DNA of 64,000 nt from Ascoidea asiatica JCM 7603 (Eukaryota > Fungi > Ascomycota). Shown piece after piece: positions 46,725-58,452 of this stretch (the stretch's first letter is position 1; every line of letters begins with the position of its first letter). A program made the position numbers and the translations under genes. The DNA is taken from the NCBI GenBank assembly GCA_001600695.1, contig BCKQ01000009.1:140813-204812 (forward strand), given 5' to 3'. The notes beneath the pieces are model-generated. The model did no database searches, was not told where the DNA came from, and saw only the letters and a list, made by a program, of their open reading frames with translations.

Positions 46725-47894
46725 ATGATGATAAAGTCTTTTCTCAAACAAGCCTCAAAAGTATTTCTTCAAAGTAATTTAAAAAACAATGAAATTATTA
46801 TCACAACTGGAAATCAATCAGCAGATTTAGATTCTATAACATCTTCAATTTTATACAGTTTTTTATATTATAAAAAATCAAATACCTTTTCTATTCCACT
46901 AATAAATATTAACAAAATTGAACTAAGTTTGAGAAGAGATGTTAAATATTTACTTAAAAAATTAGATATTGATGAAAATGATTTACTTTTCAAAGATGAT
47001 ATTTTTTTCAAAAACTTCAAAGAAAATAAAGAAAACCAGAAAAAAAATAATAATATAAATATTGTTTTAGTTGATCATAATAAATTAGATCCAAACTTTG
47101 AAGATATTTTTTTCAATGGTGAAAATGTTATTGCAATTATAGATCATCATCAAGATGAAAATGCTTTCAAAGATTCTAATTGTTCAATTAATCCAAAAAT
47201 TATTCAAACTTGTGGTTCATGTTCTTCATTGGTCATGAAGCATTGGTATAGTTATGATAAATCTCTTTTAGAGAAATATCTTCAGAATGAACAAGTTTTT
47301 TCTTTATTCTTAAGTCCTCTTCTTATTGATACAAATAATATGACATACAAAGCAACTGAATTAGACTTTGAAGCTTTTGATTTATATAAAGAAACCATCA
47401 AAAAGTATAATTTAGATATTGATATTAATGATTTATTTTCAAGTTTAAGTAAAGAAAAAGCTAATTTAACACCTTTATCATTCCAACAAATTTTAAAAAA
47501 AGATTTCAAAGAATATAATGTGAATGATTTAAATATTGGAATTTCTTCTGTACCAAAATCTTTCAATTGGTTATTAAATCAAAAATCAAATAATGATATT
47601 GATAAACTTAAAGAAATGTCTCTTGATTTCATGGAAACTGAAAATATTGATATAGAAATAATAATGACAAATCATGAAGATCCAAATACAAATGAATTCA
47701 AAAGGGAAATCGGCTTCATATCAACAAACAACGAAAATCATTCAATTAATAAAGATAAAATGATTAATTTAGCAAAAGATATACTACAATTAGATGAACT
47801 AAACAATTCTAATGGACTTTTGTTCAATCAAAAAGTTATAAAAAGTAGTAGAAAACAGGTCGCACCCTTAATAGTTAGCATTTTAAAAAATTGA
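46725..47894 (+). CDS. PPX1: DHH-family exopolyphosphatase
   Basis: GNQSADLDS, LVDHN, IIDHH, GSCSSLV, KKDFKE and SRKQVAP; first ATG is at 46725 (the track used a TTG). Confidence 0.93.
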   Translation: MMIKSFLKQASKVFLQSNLKNNEIIITTGNQSADLDSITSSILYSFLYYKKSNTFSIPLININKIELSLRRDVKYLLKKLDIDENDLLFKDDIFFKNFKENKENQKKNNNINIVLVDHNKLDPNFEDIFFNGENVIAIIDHHQDENAFKDSNCSINPKIIQTCGSCSSLVMKHWYSYDKSLLEKYLQNEQVFSLFLSPLLIDTNNMTYKATELDFEAFDLYKETIKKYNLDIDINDLFSSLSKEKANLTPLSFQQILKKDFKEYNVNDLNIGISSVPKSFNWLLNQKSNNDIDKLKEMSLDFMETENIDIEIIMTNHEDPNTNEFKREIGFISTNNENHSINKDKMINLAKDILQLDELNNSNGLLFNQKVIKSSRKQVAPLIVSILKN

Positions 47895-48070
47895 TTTTAA
47901 TGAATATGTCTCTATATTTAATTTATAATTCAAAATATTGTTTTGTAAGATAAAAAAAAATGAAATATTTACAGTGTGTATTTAAATGATTGTAGACAGA
48001 CAGCAAAAATAATATACATAAATGCTCAAAGTATTCAACTTGAAATTAAGAATTTAAGAAATTAAAAAAT

Positions 48071-51000
48071 TTACTCATCTTTTTCTTTATCTTTTTTTTT
48101 AATATTTTTATCAATTTCTTTAAATTCTTTTTCCCAAACATTATTTCCGTTTATATCACTTGGAAATATTCTCTTGAATACATCATCATAATAGTCAGCA
48201 GGAACAAACTCTAATCCTTCTTTGATATTCTCAGGTAAATCAGCCCAATCACTTATATTATCTTTAGGGAAAATAATAGTTTTAGCTCCAGATCTTTTAG
48301 CAGCTATGGTTTTTTCTCTTAAACCACCGATTCTTAATACTTTACCTGTTAAAGTAATTTCACCTGTCATAGCTACTGTTGGTTTTAATGGTTGATTTAA
48401 TGCTAAAGAAAGGAAACTCGAAGCCATAGTAACACCTGCAGATGGACCATCTTTCGGAACAGCTCCTTCTGGACAATGTAAATGTATGGCTGCTTTTTCG
48501 AAAAATCTATTTTGAGGAAAATGTTTACTTAGAAACATTCTAGCAAAAGAATGTGCAATCTTTGTTGATTCTTTCATAACATCTCCTAATTGACCAGTTC
48601 TTTCAAAAACTGGATGTGAATGCTCGTTCAAAGGTTGCTCTAATACAGATTCCACATACATTGCTGCACCACCCATACTAGTCCATGCTAAACCCATAAC
48701 CACACCTGGTGGAGTTGTTTCATAAAGTCTATCATTCTTAAAGATCACAGGACCAACATAATCTTTCAAATTATCAGGTGTTATGATAACTTTTACAGAC
48801 TCAGGAACTTCAAGTTTATGAGCTTTTTCATTTGCAATAGATTCTTTACTAGTGAGTTTTGGTTCTCCAATTTCTTCTGAAGTATTTTCAACAATATTGT
48901 CTGAAGAAGTTGTTTTTTTAGAATCCAATGTGTCTGATTTTTTAACATCATTCTTAGAGGAAGATTCTGCATCACTTTTGGCTTTTTTAATAATTTCCTT
49001 GACGGATTCTTCTGCAGATATCTCTGGTTTGGCATTTGTTTGATGAGTGATAACATCTCGGATTGATTCTTCTTCATCAGATGAATCTTTTGTTTCTTCT
49101 TTAACAGGTGATTCTTCAGATGCACTTACTTTTTCAACCTCTTCTTTTTCAGTATCAATTGATTTTACTTTAGATTCAGAAATATTTTCTTGATCTTTTT
49201 TATCTGAAACTTCTTCTTCTCCTAAATCTTTTACTATTTTTAAGGCTGCTTTTCTATAAATTTTTTCAATATGTTTCTTTAAATTTCTTACACCACTTTC
49301 TCTACAATAATGCTTTATTAAAAATTCAATAGCTTCAGGACTTAAATCAACATTTGCTTTCTCTAATCCGGATTCTTTTTTGGCAACTGGACCTAAATAT
49401 CTTTCAGCAATTTTAACTTTTTCATCAGATATATAACCAGTTAATTCGATTATTTCCATTCTATCTAATAAAGGTCTTGGAATAGTATCTAATGTATTTG
49501 CAGTACATACAAATAAAACTTGAGATAAATCAACAGGTACATCAAGATAAGTATCCAAGAAAGAATTATTTTGTTCAGGATCTAAAACTTCTAATAAAGC
49601 AGCAGAAGGATCACCATGAATTGTTGCATGACCAATTTTATCAATTTCATCAATTAAAATTAATGGATTTTCTGTTTGACAACGTTTTAAAGCTTGTATT
49701 AGTCTACCAGGTAAAGCACCAACATAAGTTCTTCTATGACCTTTAATTTCTGCAACATCAGTCATTCCTCCAACAGAAAATCTATAAAATTTACGATTTA
49801 AAGATCTTGCAATAGATTTTCCAACAGAAGTTTTACCAACACCAGGAGGACCAACAAGACAAATAATTTTACCATCAACAACACCTAAAAGTTTACCAAC
49901 AGCAATAAATTCTAAAATTCTATCTTTAACATCTTTTAAACCATAATGATCTTCATCTAAAATTTTTAAAGCTTTTGAAATATTATATTGTTCTTTTGAT
50001 TTTATACCCCATGGAACTTGTGTTAACCAATCTAAATAATTTCTAATTACACCATATTCAGACATTGCAGGTTCTAAAGTACCTAATTTTGCAATTTCAT
50101 CATCAAAAATTTTTTGAACATTTTTTGGTAAAGATAATTTTTCTGCTCTTTCTTTAAAAGTTTCAATAATTTGATTTCTACCATCATCCATACCTAATTC
50201 TTTTTTAATTTGTTTAAGTCTTTCCATTAAAACAAATTCTCTATTTTTTTTATCTAATTTTGTTTTAACATCATCAGAAATTTTTTGTTGAATTTCAACA
50301 GTCATTAATTCTTTTTTTAATAAAACTAAAGATTTTTCAAGTCTTTTTTCAATATCAAGACTTTGTAAAATATCTTGTAAATCTTTATAATCACCAGCAG
50401 AAACAGCAGCAGCAAAATCAGCTAATTTTGCAGGTTGATCAAAAATATTTGAAGATTTTGCATCAATTGAAGAAGAAAATGAAATTAATTGATCCCTGAA
50501 AGAAGAATTAATTTCAGAAATTTCTTTAAAAACTTTAAGCATTTCACTTGTTAAAGCACTAACAACAGGAGATTTTGGATCATATTTAATATCTTTTAAA
50601 GCAGAAACAGAAACTAAAGAAACAGAATATTGTTTAAGAAAACCAGCGGGGTTTGCTTCATCTCTTGCTTTTATTTTTTTTAAAATTCTTCTTTCTTTTT
50701 CTAAAGAAAACTGATCAATTAAAGAATTTTTAGGATCAATTTTTTTAGAATCCATATTTTCTTTTTCATTTTCATGTTCATTTTCTTTTTCTTTAACAGG
50801 TTCTGATGATTTTATTATAGATTTATCTTCAATATTTGTTGTATCAGAAATTGATTCAGAAATTGATTCTTCAGACTTTTCTTCTTCTTTTGAAATATTT
50901 TCATTTTCTTTTTTATTAGCTTCATTAATATCTTTAGTATCTTTAATAGATTTTAAATTAATTGAAGAAAATTTTTCATCTTTTTTCAAATCATCTAAAA

Positions 51001-52090
51001 CTTCATTTTCAATTTTTTTATAATTTTGAATTTTTTCAAATTCAATTTCTTCTTCAGATTTTGGAGGTATTAAATTATTTAATTTTACTCTACAATGAGA
51101 ATATAATAAAACAGTTAAAGTATCATCTCTTGAAGGATATAAACCAGAAATTTGAGCTAAAACACCAGTATTATAAACTTCATCAATTGAATTTATTATA
51201 TCACTATCAATAGATTGATTTTTTAAAAGAAAAGCAGCTAAATAACCTTTTTTTTTTGTATACATTTCTTTTATTGCAGTTTTAACAATTGGATCTGAAA
51301 CTATAACAGATTTATAAAAACCTGGCATTAATGGACGAGAAGTTATTGGTAAAGCTAATAATTCAGGATAAATTTCAGGATCTAAAGAGATTTTATTTGA
51401 AGATTTTAGAGATCTTTTACGTTTTGGTTTTGAATCATCATCACCATTACCATTTCCATTACCACCACTTGAACTTGCACCTCCAGAAGTAATTGCGGAA
51501 GAAGAAGAATTTGAATTTGAATCAATTGATTGAGAATGTTTTGATTTTTCAGTATCTTTTTTTCTTCTTGATTTTCTTTGTTTTATAATTGGAGTTTCTT
51601 CATTTATTGTAGTATCAATTTCATTTTCTTTATCATTTTCAATAGAAATTTCATTTTCATTTTTTTCAAATTTATCATTAATTGAATTTTCATTATCATT
51701 TATAATATCTGAAATATTAGAATCTTTTGATTTATCATTTTTATCATTTTTATCAGAAAGTTTAAAAGAATTTGAATTTAAATTTGAATTTTTAGATAAT
51801 AAATTATTATTATTTGAAAAATTAAAAGAATTATTTAAATTATTTGAAAATAAATTTTGAATATTATTATTATTATTATTATTAGAGATAATATTATTTC
51901 CTTTTAAATTTTCAAAATTTTTTAATTGAAATTTATTATTTTTAATTAAAGATTGAGAATTTAATAAATGAAAAATATCATTTTTAAGACTTACAGGTTT
52001 TGAATAAAATCTTAAATTTGATAAAGATGATGATAATAACTTTCTCCTTAACAAAGAAGAGTTTTTAGGTAAACTCTTTGGAGAAAACAT
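48071..52090 (-). CDS. PIM1: Mitochondrial Lon protease
   Basis: LDEDHYGL, GPPGVGKTS, HRRTYVGALPG, LIDEIDK, catalytic PKDGPSAG and IGGLREK. Confidence 0.97.
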   Translation of the reverse strand: MFSPKSLPKNSSLLRRKLLSSSLSNLRFYSKPVSLKNDIFHLLNSQSLIKNNKFQLKNFENLKGNNIISNNNNNNNIQNLFSNNLNNSFNFSNNNNLLSKNSNLNSNSFKLSDKNDKNDKSKDSNISDIINDNENSINDKFEKNENEISIENDKENEIDTTINEETPIIKQRKSRRKKDTEKSKHSQSIDSNSNSSSSAITSGGASSSGGNGNGNGDDDSKPKRKRSLKSSNKISLDPEIYPELLALPITSRPLMPGFYKSVIVSDPIVKTAIKEMYTKKKGYLAAFLLKNQSIDSDIINSIDEVYNTGVLAQISGLYPSRDDTLTVLLYSHCRVKLNNLIPPKSEEEIEFEKIQNYKKIENEVLDDLKKDEKFSSINLKSIKDTKDINEANKKENENISKEEEKSEESISESISDTTNIEDKSIIKSSEPVKEKENEHENEKENMDSKKIDPKNSLIDQFSLEKERRILKKIKARDEANPAGFLKQYSVSLVSVSALKDIKYDPKSPVVSALTSEMLKVFKEISEINSSFRDQLISFSSSIDAKSSNIFDQPAKLADFAAAVSAGDYKDLQDILQSLDIEKRLEKSLVLLKKELMTVEIQQKISDDVKTKLDKKNREFVLMERLKQIKKELGMDDGRNQIIETFKERAEKLSLPKNVQKIFDDEIAKLGTLEPAMSEYGVIRNYLDWLTQVPWGIKSKEQYNISKALKILDEDHYGLKDVKDRILEFIAVGKLLGVVDGKIICLVGPPGVGKTSVGKSIARSLNRKFYRFSVGGMTDVAEIKGHRRTYVGALPGRLIQALKRCQTENPLILIDEIDKIGHATIHGDPSAALLEVLDPEQNNSFLDTYLDVPVDLSQVLFVCTANTLDTIPRPLLDRMEIIELTGYISDEKVKIAERYLGPVAKKESGLEKANVDLSPEAIEFLIKHYCRESGVRNLKKHIEKIYRKAALKIVKDLGEEEVSDKKDQENISESKVKSIDTEKEEVEKVSASEESPVKEETKDSSDEEESIRDVITHQTNAKPEISAEESVKEIIKKAKSDAESSSKNDVKKSDTLDSKKTTSSDNIVENTSEEIGEPKLTSKESIANEKAHKLEVPESVKVIITPDNLKDYVGPVIFKNDRLYETTPPGVVMGLAWTSMGGAAMYVESVLEQPLNEHSHPVFERTGQLGDVMKESTKIAHSFARMFLSKHFPQNRFFEKAAIHLHCPEGAVPKDGPSAGVTMASSFLSLALNQPLKPTVAMTGEITLTGKVLRIGGLREKTIAAKRSGAKTIIFPKDNISDWADLPENIKEGLEFVPADYYDDVFKRIFPSDINGNNVWEKEFKEIDKNIKKKDKEKDE

Positions 52091-52578
52091 GATTATGAAG
52101 AAATCAAAATGGATAAATTAAATATATATTCAATTTATTTGTTAACTTGATTATATTTTATTTATTTTATTATCTTATTTGATTATCTTATTTGATTATT
52201 AGTAGTGAAGTTAATTGATTAAAAACTGGTGGCACTGGATATAATAAAAGTGTAATTCGTAATAGTAAGAATGAAAGTATGAGGTTAAACAGTGTTACTC
52301 AGATATTATGTAATCATGCGAAAATTACAGTGGTTGTACATGAAAGTTGAATGGTGTTTGGTGTTTTCCACAGCCACGGATCCAATAACTCAACTGGCTT
52401 CTGGAACAAAGGAAATTCATGGGGTGAAAACAGAAGAAGAAAGAAGAGGAAAGTGGTGGTGGTGGTGGTGGTGGTGAAGAAAGAGTTTACTGTTACAAGA
52501 GAATACAAAGAAGATTGAATAGAATATTGAATTAAGATGGTAAGTAAGAGTAAGAAGATTAGTATATAAAGAGACTAA

Positions 52579-53694
52579 CTAGTATTCATATAAATCATGA
52601 TTTTCATTGGAATTTGATATGTTAGGTACTTGCAATTCATTCGTTATTGGATTTATAATTCCATTATTATTATTATTATTATTATTATCAGTATCATTAT
52701 TATTATTGTTATTACTTTCATTACTACTGTTATTATTATTATTATTATTATTACCATTACTAGTTTCATTATTATTATTGTTATTGTTATTATTATCATT
52801 TGAATTATTATTAATTTGTTCTTGAATTTGTATATCAAATGGAGAATGATCATTATTTTGATATAATTCATTAACATTTAAATGATTTAAATTTAAAGTA
52901 TCTAAATTACTAAAATTATTCAAAGTATTTAAATTTGTTAAATTACTTAAATTATTTAAATTTAAATTATTTAAATTATTTAAATTCATATTATTAAGAT
53001 TTATATTTGAAATATTTGAAATATTTTCAATTCCATTAACATTAATAGAATCATTATTACTATTACTATTGGCGTTTGAATTTGTATTTGTATTTATATT
53101 TATATTTGATTCAGTAGTATTCTCGACTTCATTAATATTACTAGAAATATTATCAGGAATATTATTAGGAATTGAATTTTGATTTTGATTTTGATTTTGA
53201 TTATTACTATTCTCTTGAATTGAAATTGGAATTTGACTTTGACTTTCATTTTGTTTTGGAATTTGATTTGAGACTTGATTATTATTACTATTACTATTAC
53301 TAGTACTAGTAGTTTTTGACCTTTTTCTTGATTCACCTCTTTCTTGTTTCAAAGCTTGTTGTTCTCTATATTTAGCTAAATAAATTTTTAAAACTTCTGC
53401 ATAATTTTCAAAACCTAAAGTTGACATTGCAAATAAAATATCTTCACCATTTATTGTTTTTCTTTTTTCTGCAAGACATTTATCACTTGCTTCACTTGTT
53501 ATAAAACTTATAAATTCAGAAACACATTCTTGCATACATTCTTTAGCATCTTTTGATACTTTTGCTGTTGGTGGTAATGTAGTTTTCATTAATCTTGCAA
53601 CATTTGCAATTGGTAACCATCTATCTTGTTCCCTTAATTCCATTTCACCATATCCATTTCCATTAGAACTTCCATTCGAATTACCACTAGCCAT
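52579..53694 (-). CDS. HAP3: CCAAT-binding complex subunit (NF-YB) with a long Asn-rich tail
   Basis: [18 protein letters not shown]...[26 protein letters not shown]...[11 protein letters not shown]. Confidence 0.95.
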   Translation of the reverse strand: MASGNSNGSSNGNGYGEMELREQDRWLPIANVARLMKTTLPPTAKVSKDAKECMQECVSEFISFITSEASDKCLAEKRKTINGEDILFAMSTLGFENYAEVLKIYLAKYREQQALKQERGESRKRSKTTSTSNSNSNNNQVSNQIPKQNESQSQIPISIQENSNNQNQNQNQNSIPNNIPDNISSNINEVENTTESNININTNTNSNANSNSNNDSINVNGIENISNISNINLNNMNLNNLNNLNLNNLSNLTNLNTLNNFSNLDTLNLNHLNVNELYQNNDHSPFDIQIQEQINNNSNDNNNNNNNNNETSNGNNNNNNNNSSNESNNNNNNDTDNNNNNNNNGIINPITNELQVPNISNSNENHDLYEY

Positions 53695-54394
53695 ATTATT
53701 AACTTGATATATAACTTTCTTTACAGATATTAATATTATAACACAAAACTATTTATCCACTCCTATGTTCTTTACTTCTTTCCTCATTGTTTATTTCCTC
53801 CTTAACATTATTATTTATTATTTATTATTTATTATTTATTATTTATTATTATTTATTTCAGTATTAACCTTACGGCAATAAGCAAATCTCGAACCCTTCT
53901 TGGTGCTAAGTCCTAAAAGGGAAATACAAAGTATCACCTGACCTTTTCTTCTAGTTACTGTTCTTCCGGTCTCCCCTCCACATCCGGTCTCCATCATTGG
54001 TACCTCTGTTCTGGCTCTGCTCTGGTTCTGGTTAGTGCTTATGTGTCGACAATTTAAGCTTTGCACCAGTTTCTCTTCTTTGCTCTTCTCTCACAGCAAT
54101 AATCTTAGACCTTTTTTTGCTTTGTTTCGAGATTTCATTCATCTTTTGATATTTGAATATTTATTTGAATCCTTTTTTTTGATATTTCATCATTTTTAAA
54201 TAATACGTAATTGATTAATCAACTTCATTTCAGTATATTTTCAATATCTTTTCAATTAGAAGGATATCAATCAAATAAAACCTATCCACTTTTAATTCTA
54301 CATAATAGATGCTACCTCTTTTAGAATAAGAGAATGCCTTTATTCTGACTTTCACTTTCATTCATTATTCTCTTTTTAAAATAATATCTTTAAT

Positions 54395-57300
54395 ATGCAA
54401 TCACTTCAAGATGGGTATTCTGATGGCCTTTTAAATCAAAATTTTAATAATAATATAAATAATATAAATAATACAAATAATGATAATTATCCTGTAAATG
54501 ATATTCATAATGATATTCATGACAATCATGATAACATTCATAATAATATTCTTAATAATATTAATGATAATGATGATGAAAATAATGATAATAAATTATC
54601 TTCAAAAGCTTTAACTAATTTAATTAAATATACTGTATTTTCAAATATTTTCTTTAAAGTTATAAATTTCACTTTTAATCAACTTTTATTAAAATTAATT
54701 TCACCTTCTTCTTTAGGTTTTAATGTTTATCTTGAATTTTTAATTAAATCAATATTATTTTTTTCAAGAGAAGGTATAAGAATTGCAATTCAAAGAATTA
54801 ATGATTCAAATTCAAATTTATTATCTAATACTAATACTAATAACAATAATAATAATATAATTTCAAATTTTAATAGATCAATTAAAAAAAAATATTCTTC
54901 AAATAAATTAATATTTCATGGTTCAAAATTATCTATATTACAAAGTATTATAAATTTATCTTATATTCCTTTATTTTTAGGAATTTTATTCTCTTTAGGT
55001 ATTTTAATTTGGCAATCAAATAAATTATTTGATTATTTAAAAGATTTAAATACTTTTATATTAATTATAATTTTAATTTTTGTAAGTTGTATTTTAGAGT
55101 TATTATCTGAACCTTTTTATAATTTAAATCAATTTAAATTAAATTATTTCATAAAATCTAAATTTGAATCTTTTTCTTTAACTTTAACTTGTTCAATTAA
55201 TTATTGTTTAATTTATTATTTTAAATATTATTATTTTAAACAAAATAATCAATTAAATAATCAAACTTTAGAAAATGATCAATTTGAAAATGATCAAATT
55301 GCAATTGAAATTAGAAATAAAATTAAATTTGAAAAATTAGTTGTTTTAAGTTTTGTAATTGGTAAATTTTTTCATTCTTTATTAATTTATTCTTTATATT
55401 TCTTTGATTATAAATTAAATTTTATTAAAAATCATATATCTTCAAATTTAAAACCAACTTTATTCTTAACAAAAATTTATAAAATTAAATATTCTCCACC
55501 AAAAAGAAATTCTTTAGATATGTTTAATATTCGTTCATTTTCTTCAAAATTAAATAATATTGATAATATTCAAAATTTTAAATTACCTCCTCCACTTCCT
55601 ACTATAAATAATTCAAATAATATAAAAAATAACAACAAAAGAAAAAGTACTAATAATAATAATGATGATGATAATATTTCTTGGTATTATTTTGATCCAA
55701 TTATTTTAAATCATTGGAAAAGTGTATTCTATCAATTTTGTTTTAAACATTTCTTAACTGAAGGTGATACTTTTATTATTAATACTTTTTGTTCTTTAGA
55801 AGATCAAGGTGTTTATTCTGTAATAATAAATTATGGTTCTTTATTAACAAGATTCATTTATTTACCAATTGAAGAAAGTTTAAGAATTTATCTTACAAAA
55901 TTATTAAAAGTTAATTATGATTTATCTTCAAATAATGATGATATCTTAAATTTAAATCCAAATACTCCAATTACTCCAACTCATCATAAAATTTATCATT
56001 CTCATTCTCATATAGATCCAAATTTTGATTATCCTTATGATTATAATGATATCAATGATATCAATGATAATGATAATGATTCTGATTTAGAAAAAGAAGA
56101 AGAACAAGAATTTACTACAATTCCTTCAAATTTAAATGAAAAATTTAATCAATCTCCATATTTAAATTTAAGATCTCAACAATCTCAATCACAATCTCAA
56201 CCTCAATTTCCACCTTCTTCTCAATATAGTTCAATTCCATTAAAATCAAATGAAAATATTCCCTTATCAAATTTGAAAGATTCTTGGAGAATTTTAATGA
56301 TTTTATCAAAAGGTTATTTTTATTTATCAACAATAATTTTAATATTTGGTTATTTTAATTCTTCATTTTTATTAAAACTTATTCTAACAAGTAGAAAAGA
56401 ATCTCAAAATGAATTTGTAAATTCATGGTTAAATTCTCAAATTTTCAGTACAATTCCAATATATTGTATTTATTTACCATTTTTATCAATGAATGGTATA
56501 TTTGAAGCATTTTTTCAATCTTCTGCAACTCCAAAAAAAATTGATTTTTATAGTTTTTTTTTATTAATTTCAAGTTTAATTTATTTATTTGCATCTTATA
56601 TTCTTGTTAATATTATGGATCTTAAACTTACTGGATTAATTTTTGCAAATGTTTTAAATATGAGTTTAAGAATAATTTTTTGTTCAATTTTTATTTTTAA
56701 ATTTTTTAAAAAAAATTTATCTTTTTATAATATTAATTTACTTGATATGGATATTCAATTTCAAAGAAATTCAGAAATTATTAATATGAGAAAATCAAGT
56801 ATTTCAACAATTCATGAAGAAAAAGAAATTGAAGAATATGAAGATGATGAGATTTTACCATTACCAAATAAAAATTCATTAATTAATAATAATAATTCTT
56901 TAATTAATAATATCTATTCAACAAGTTCTTCAGTTCCTCCAACTCCAAGTACAGTTTCATTTGATATGAATTCAACAGTATTGGAACATAAAAAAAAAAT
57001 TTTAAATTATCAAATGCCAAAATTACAAGAAGCAAATAATATTAAAAGTTTCAAAAATATTCTTAATAAAAATTCTAAAACAAAATTTACTGAAGATGGA
57101 AATTCAATGAATCTTAAATCATATGAAATTATAAATAATTTTAAAATTTTTATTTTTATAATTTTTGGAACATTTTTGATTCAATTTAAAGTTATAAAAA
57201 TGACAGATTCTTTTACAAAACTATTTAAAAGTTTTGGATTACTAATAATTTATACACTTTCAATAATATGGAATGAAAAAAAATTTTTAATTTTTTATAT

Positions 57301-57466
57301 TGAAAAAAATTCATATTTCATAAAAATAAAGAATTTAGGTATAAAATTTCAAAATTTCTTCAAAAGAAAAGTACGTTCTGATAAAGAAACTGAAAAAGAA
57401 TCAGATGATAGAAGAATTCGTCTTGCTTATCAAAGAAAAAGAAAAAATAGTAATTTAAGAATATAA
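54395..57466 (+). CDS. RFT1: Man5GlcNAc2-PP-dolichol translocation protein, expanded by low-complexity insertions
   Basis: ILFFSREGIR, ELLSEP, FKHFLTEGD, QGVYSVIINYGSLLTR, PIEESLR, YLPFLSMNGIFEAF and GLIFANVLNMSLRI. Confidence 0.9.
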   Translation: MQSLQDGYSDGLLNQNFNNNINNINNTNNDNYPVNDIHNDIHDNHDNIHNNILNNINDNDDENNDNKLSSKALTNLIKYTVFSNIFFKVINFTFNQLLLKLISPSSLGFNVYLEFLIKSILFFSREGIRIAIQRINDSNSNLLSNTNTNNNNNNIISNFNRSIKKKYSSNKLIFHGSKLSILQSIINLSYIPLFLGILFSLGILIWQSNKLFDYLKDLNTFILIIILIFVSCILELLSEPFYNLNQFKLNYFIKSKFESFSLTLTCSINYCLIYYFKYYYFKQNNQLNNQTLENDQFENDQIAIEIRNKIKFEKLVVLSFVIGKFFHSLLIYSLYFFDYKLNFIKNHISSNLKPTLFLTKIYKIKYSPPKRNSLDMFNIRSFSSKLNNIDNIQNFKLPPPLPTINNSNNIKNNNKRKSTNNNNDDDNISWYYFDPIILNHWKSVFYQFCFKHFLTEGDTFIINTFCSLEDQGVYSVIINYGSLLTRFIYLPIEESLRIYLTKLLKVNYDLSSNNDDILNLNPNTPITPTHHKIYHSHSHIDPNFDYPYDYNDINDINDNDNDSDLEKEEEQEFTTIPSNLNEKFNQSPYLNLRSQQSQSQSQPQFPPSSQYSSIPLKSNENIPLSNLKDSWRILMILSKGYFYLSTIILIFGYFNSSFLLKLILTSRKESQNEFVNSWLNSQIFSTIPIYCIYLPFLSMNGIFEAFFQSSATPKKIDFYSFFLLISSLIYLFASYILVNIMDLKLTGLIFANVLNMSLRIIFCSIFIFKFFKKNLSFYNINLLDMDIQFQRNSEIINMRKSSISTIHEEKEIEEYEDDEILPLPNKNSLINNNNSLINNIYSTSSSVPPTPSTVSFDMNSTVLEHKKKILNYQMPKLQEANNIKSFKNILNKNSKTKFTEDGNSMNLKSYEIINNFKIFIFIIFGTFLIQFKVIKMTDSFTKLFKSFGLLIIYTLSIIWNEKKFLIFYIEKNSYFIKIKNLGIKFQNFFKRKVRSDKETEKESDDRRIRLAYQRKRKNSNLRI

Positions 57467-57778
57467 TTTTTGTATGACGTTGTCAATTTCATTTCATTCC
57501 AAAAATTAGTTTATCTTTTAATTTCAATTCTTAATATTTTATTATTCTATTTTTTTTATATTTTTATATTTTTTATTTTCCTCGTCATATATACTCTATA
57601 TATTCTCTATATACAGTATATATGCATAGCATTTATAGCATTTTCATCATTTTAAAAAAAAAACTATGTATAGATATAATAGTGTAATATTCAATGTATA
57701 ATAATTAATATTATTTAATTACAATAAGTACTAGTATTAGTATTATATTTACAAAAATTAAGTGAATGAATGAATGAA

Positions 57779-58452
57779 TTATTCATCCCAACCATCTTTC
57801 CATCTTTTTTTCCAAAAATCACAATTAAAAATTGGTTTTCCTAGTTTTTTATTAACATGATTATGAGCATTACATAACCATAAACCAAAATCATCCTTAT
57901 TATTTACATTTATTTTATTTTTTTCAATATAATTTTCAAAATCTTTACCACAAAACCAACATGGATAAAATTTTCCAAATAATTTTATGAACTGATTCAA
58001 ATCATTTTTATCTTGTAGAGATGGATTATTTGGATATTTTGCAGCTATTGAATGTAATAAAGTCCAAGAAGATTTTCCTAAAACTGCAACATCTGGTGGT
58101 TCATCTTTTTTATATTTGAATAATGAAGAATGTTCAGTATGTTTAGATGAGGGAACTACTTTATTTGAAATAGTTTTTGGAGCACCATGAGAAATTGATT
58201 TGAAATCAAGTAATGTATTACAAGATCGACAACTAGAGATTTTGATTATAAAAGCAGAAAAAAATGTAAAAAGAATAATGGTTAGATAAAGATTATAAAA
58301 AGAAAGAAGTGAGATTCAAAATTCAATACTTACGGTTTACCATCTTCATCATATATTATTTTTCGACCAGAAGGACCAAAGTTAGGAAAAGAAACACTTG
58401 GAGCAGCTGTTCTCGGTGGATCTACAGCATTTGTTGCTTCTTCAGATGACAT
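57779..58452 (-). CDS. ERV1: Mitochondrial intermembrane-space FAD-linked sulfhydryl oxidase; exons 58452-58334 and 58232-57779
   Basis: GRKIIYDEDGKP | CRSCNTLLDF (intron GTAAGT...TCTAAC...TAG); PPDVAVLGKSSWTLLH, YPCWFC, WLCNAHNHVNKKLGKP and RWKDGW. Confidence 0.95.

Noticed and set aside
52228-52234. GGTGGCA Rpn4/PACE-like site upstream of PIM1
   Set aside because: Only a partial match (lacks the full AAA tail) and single copy; too weak to call.
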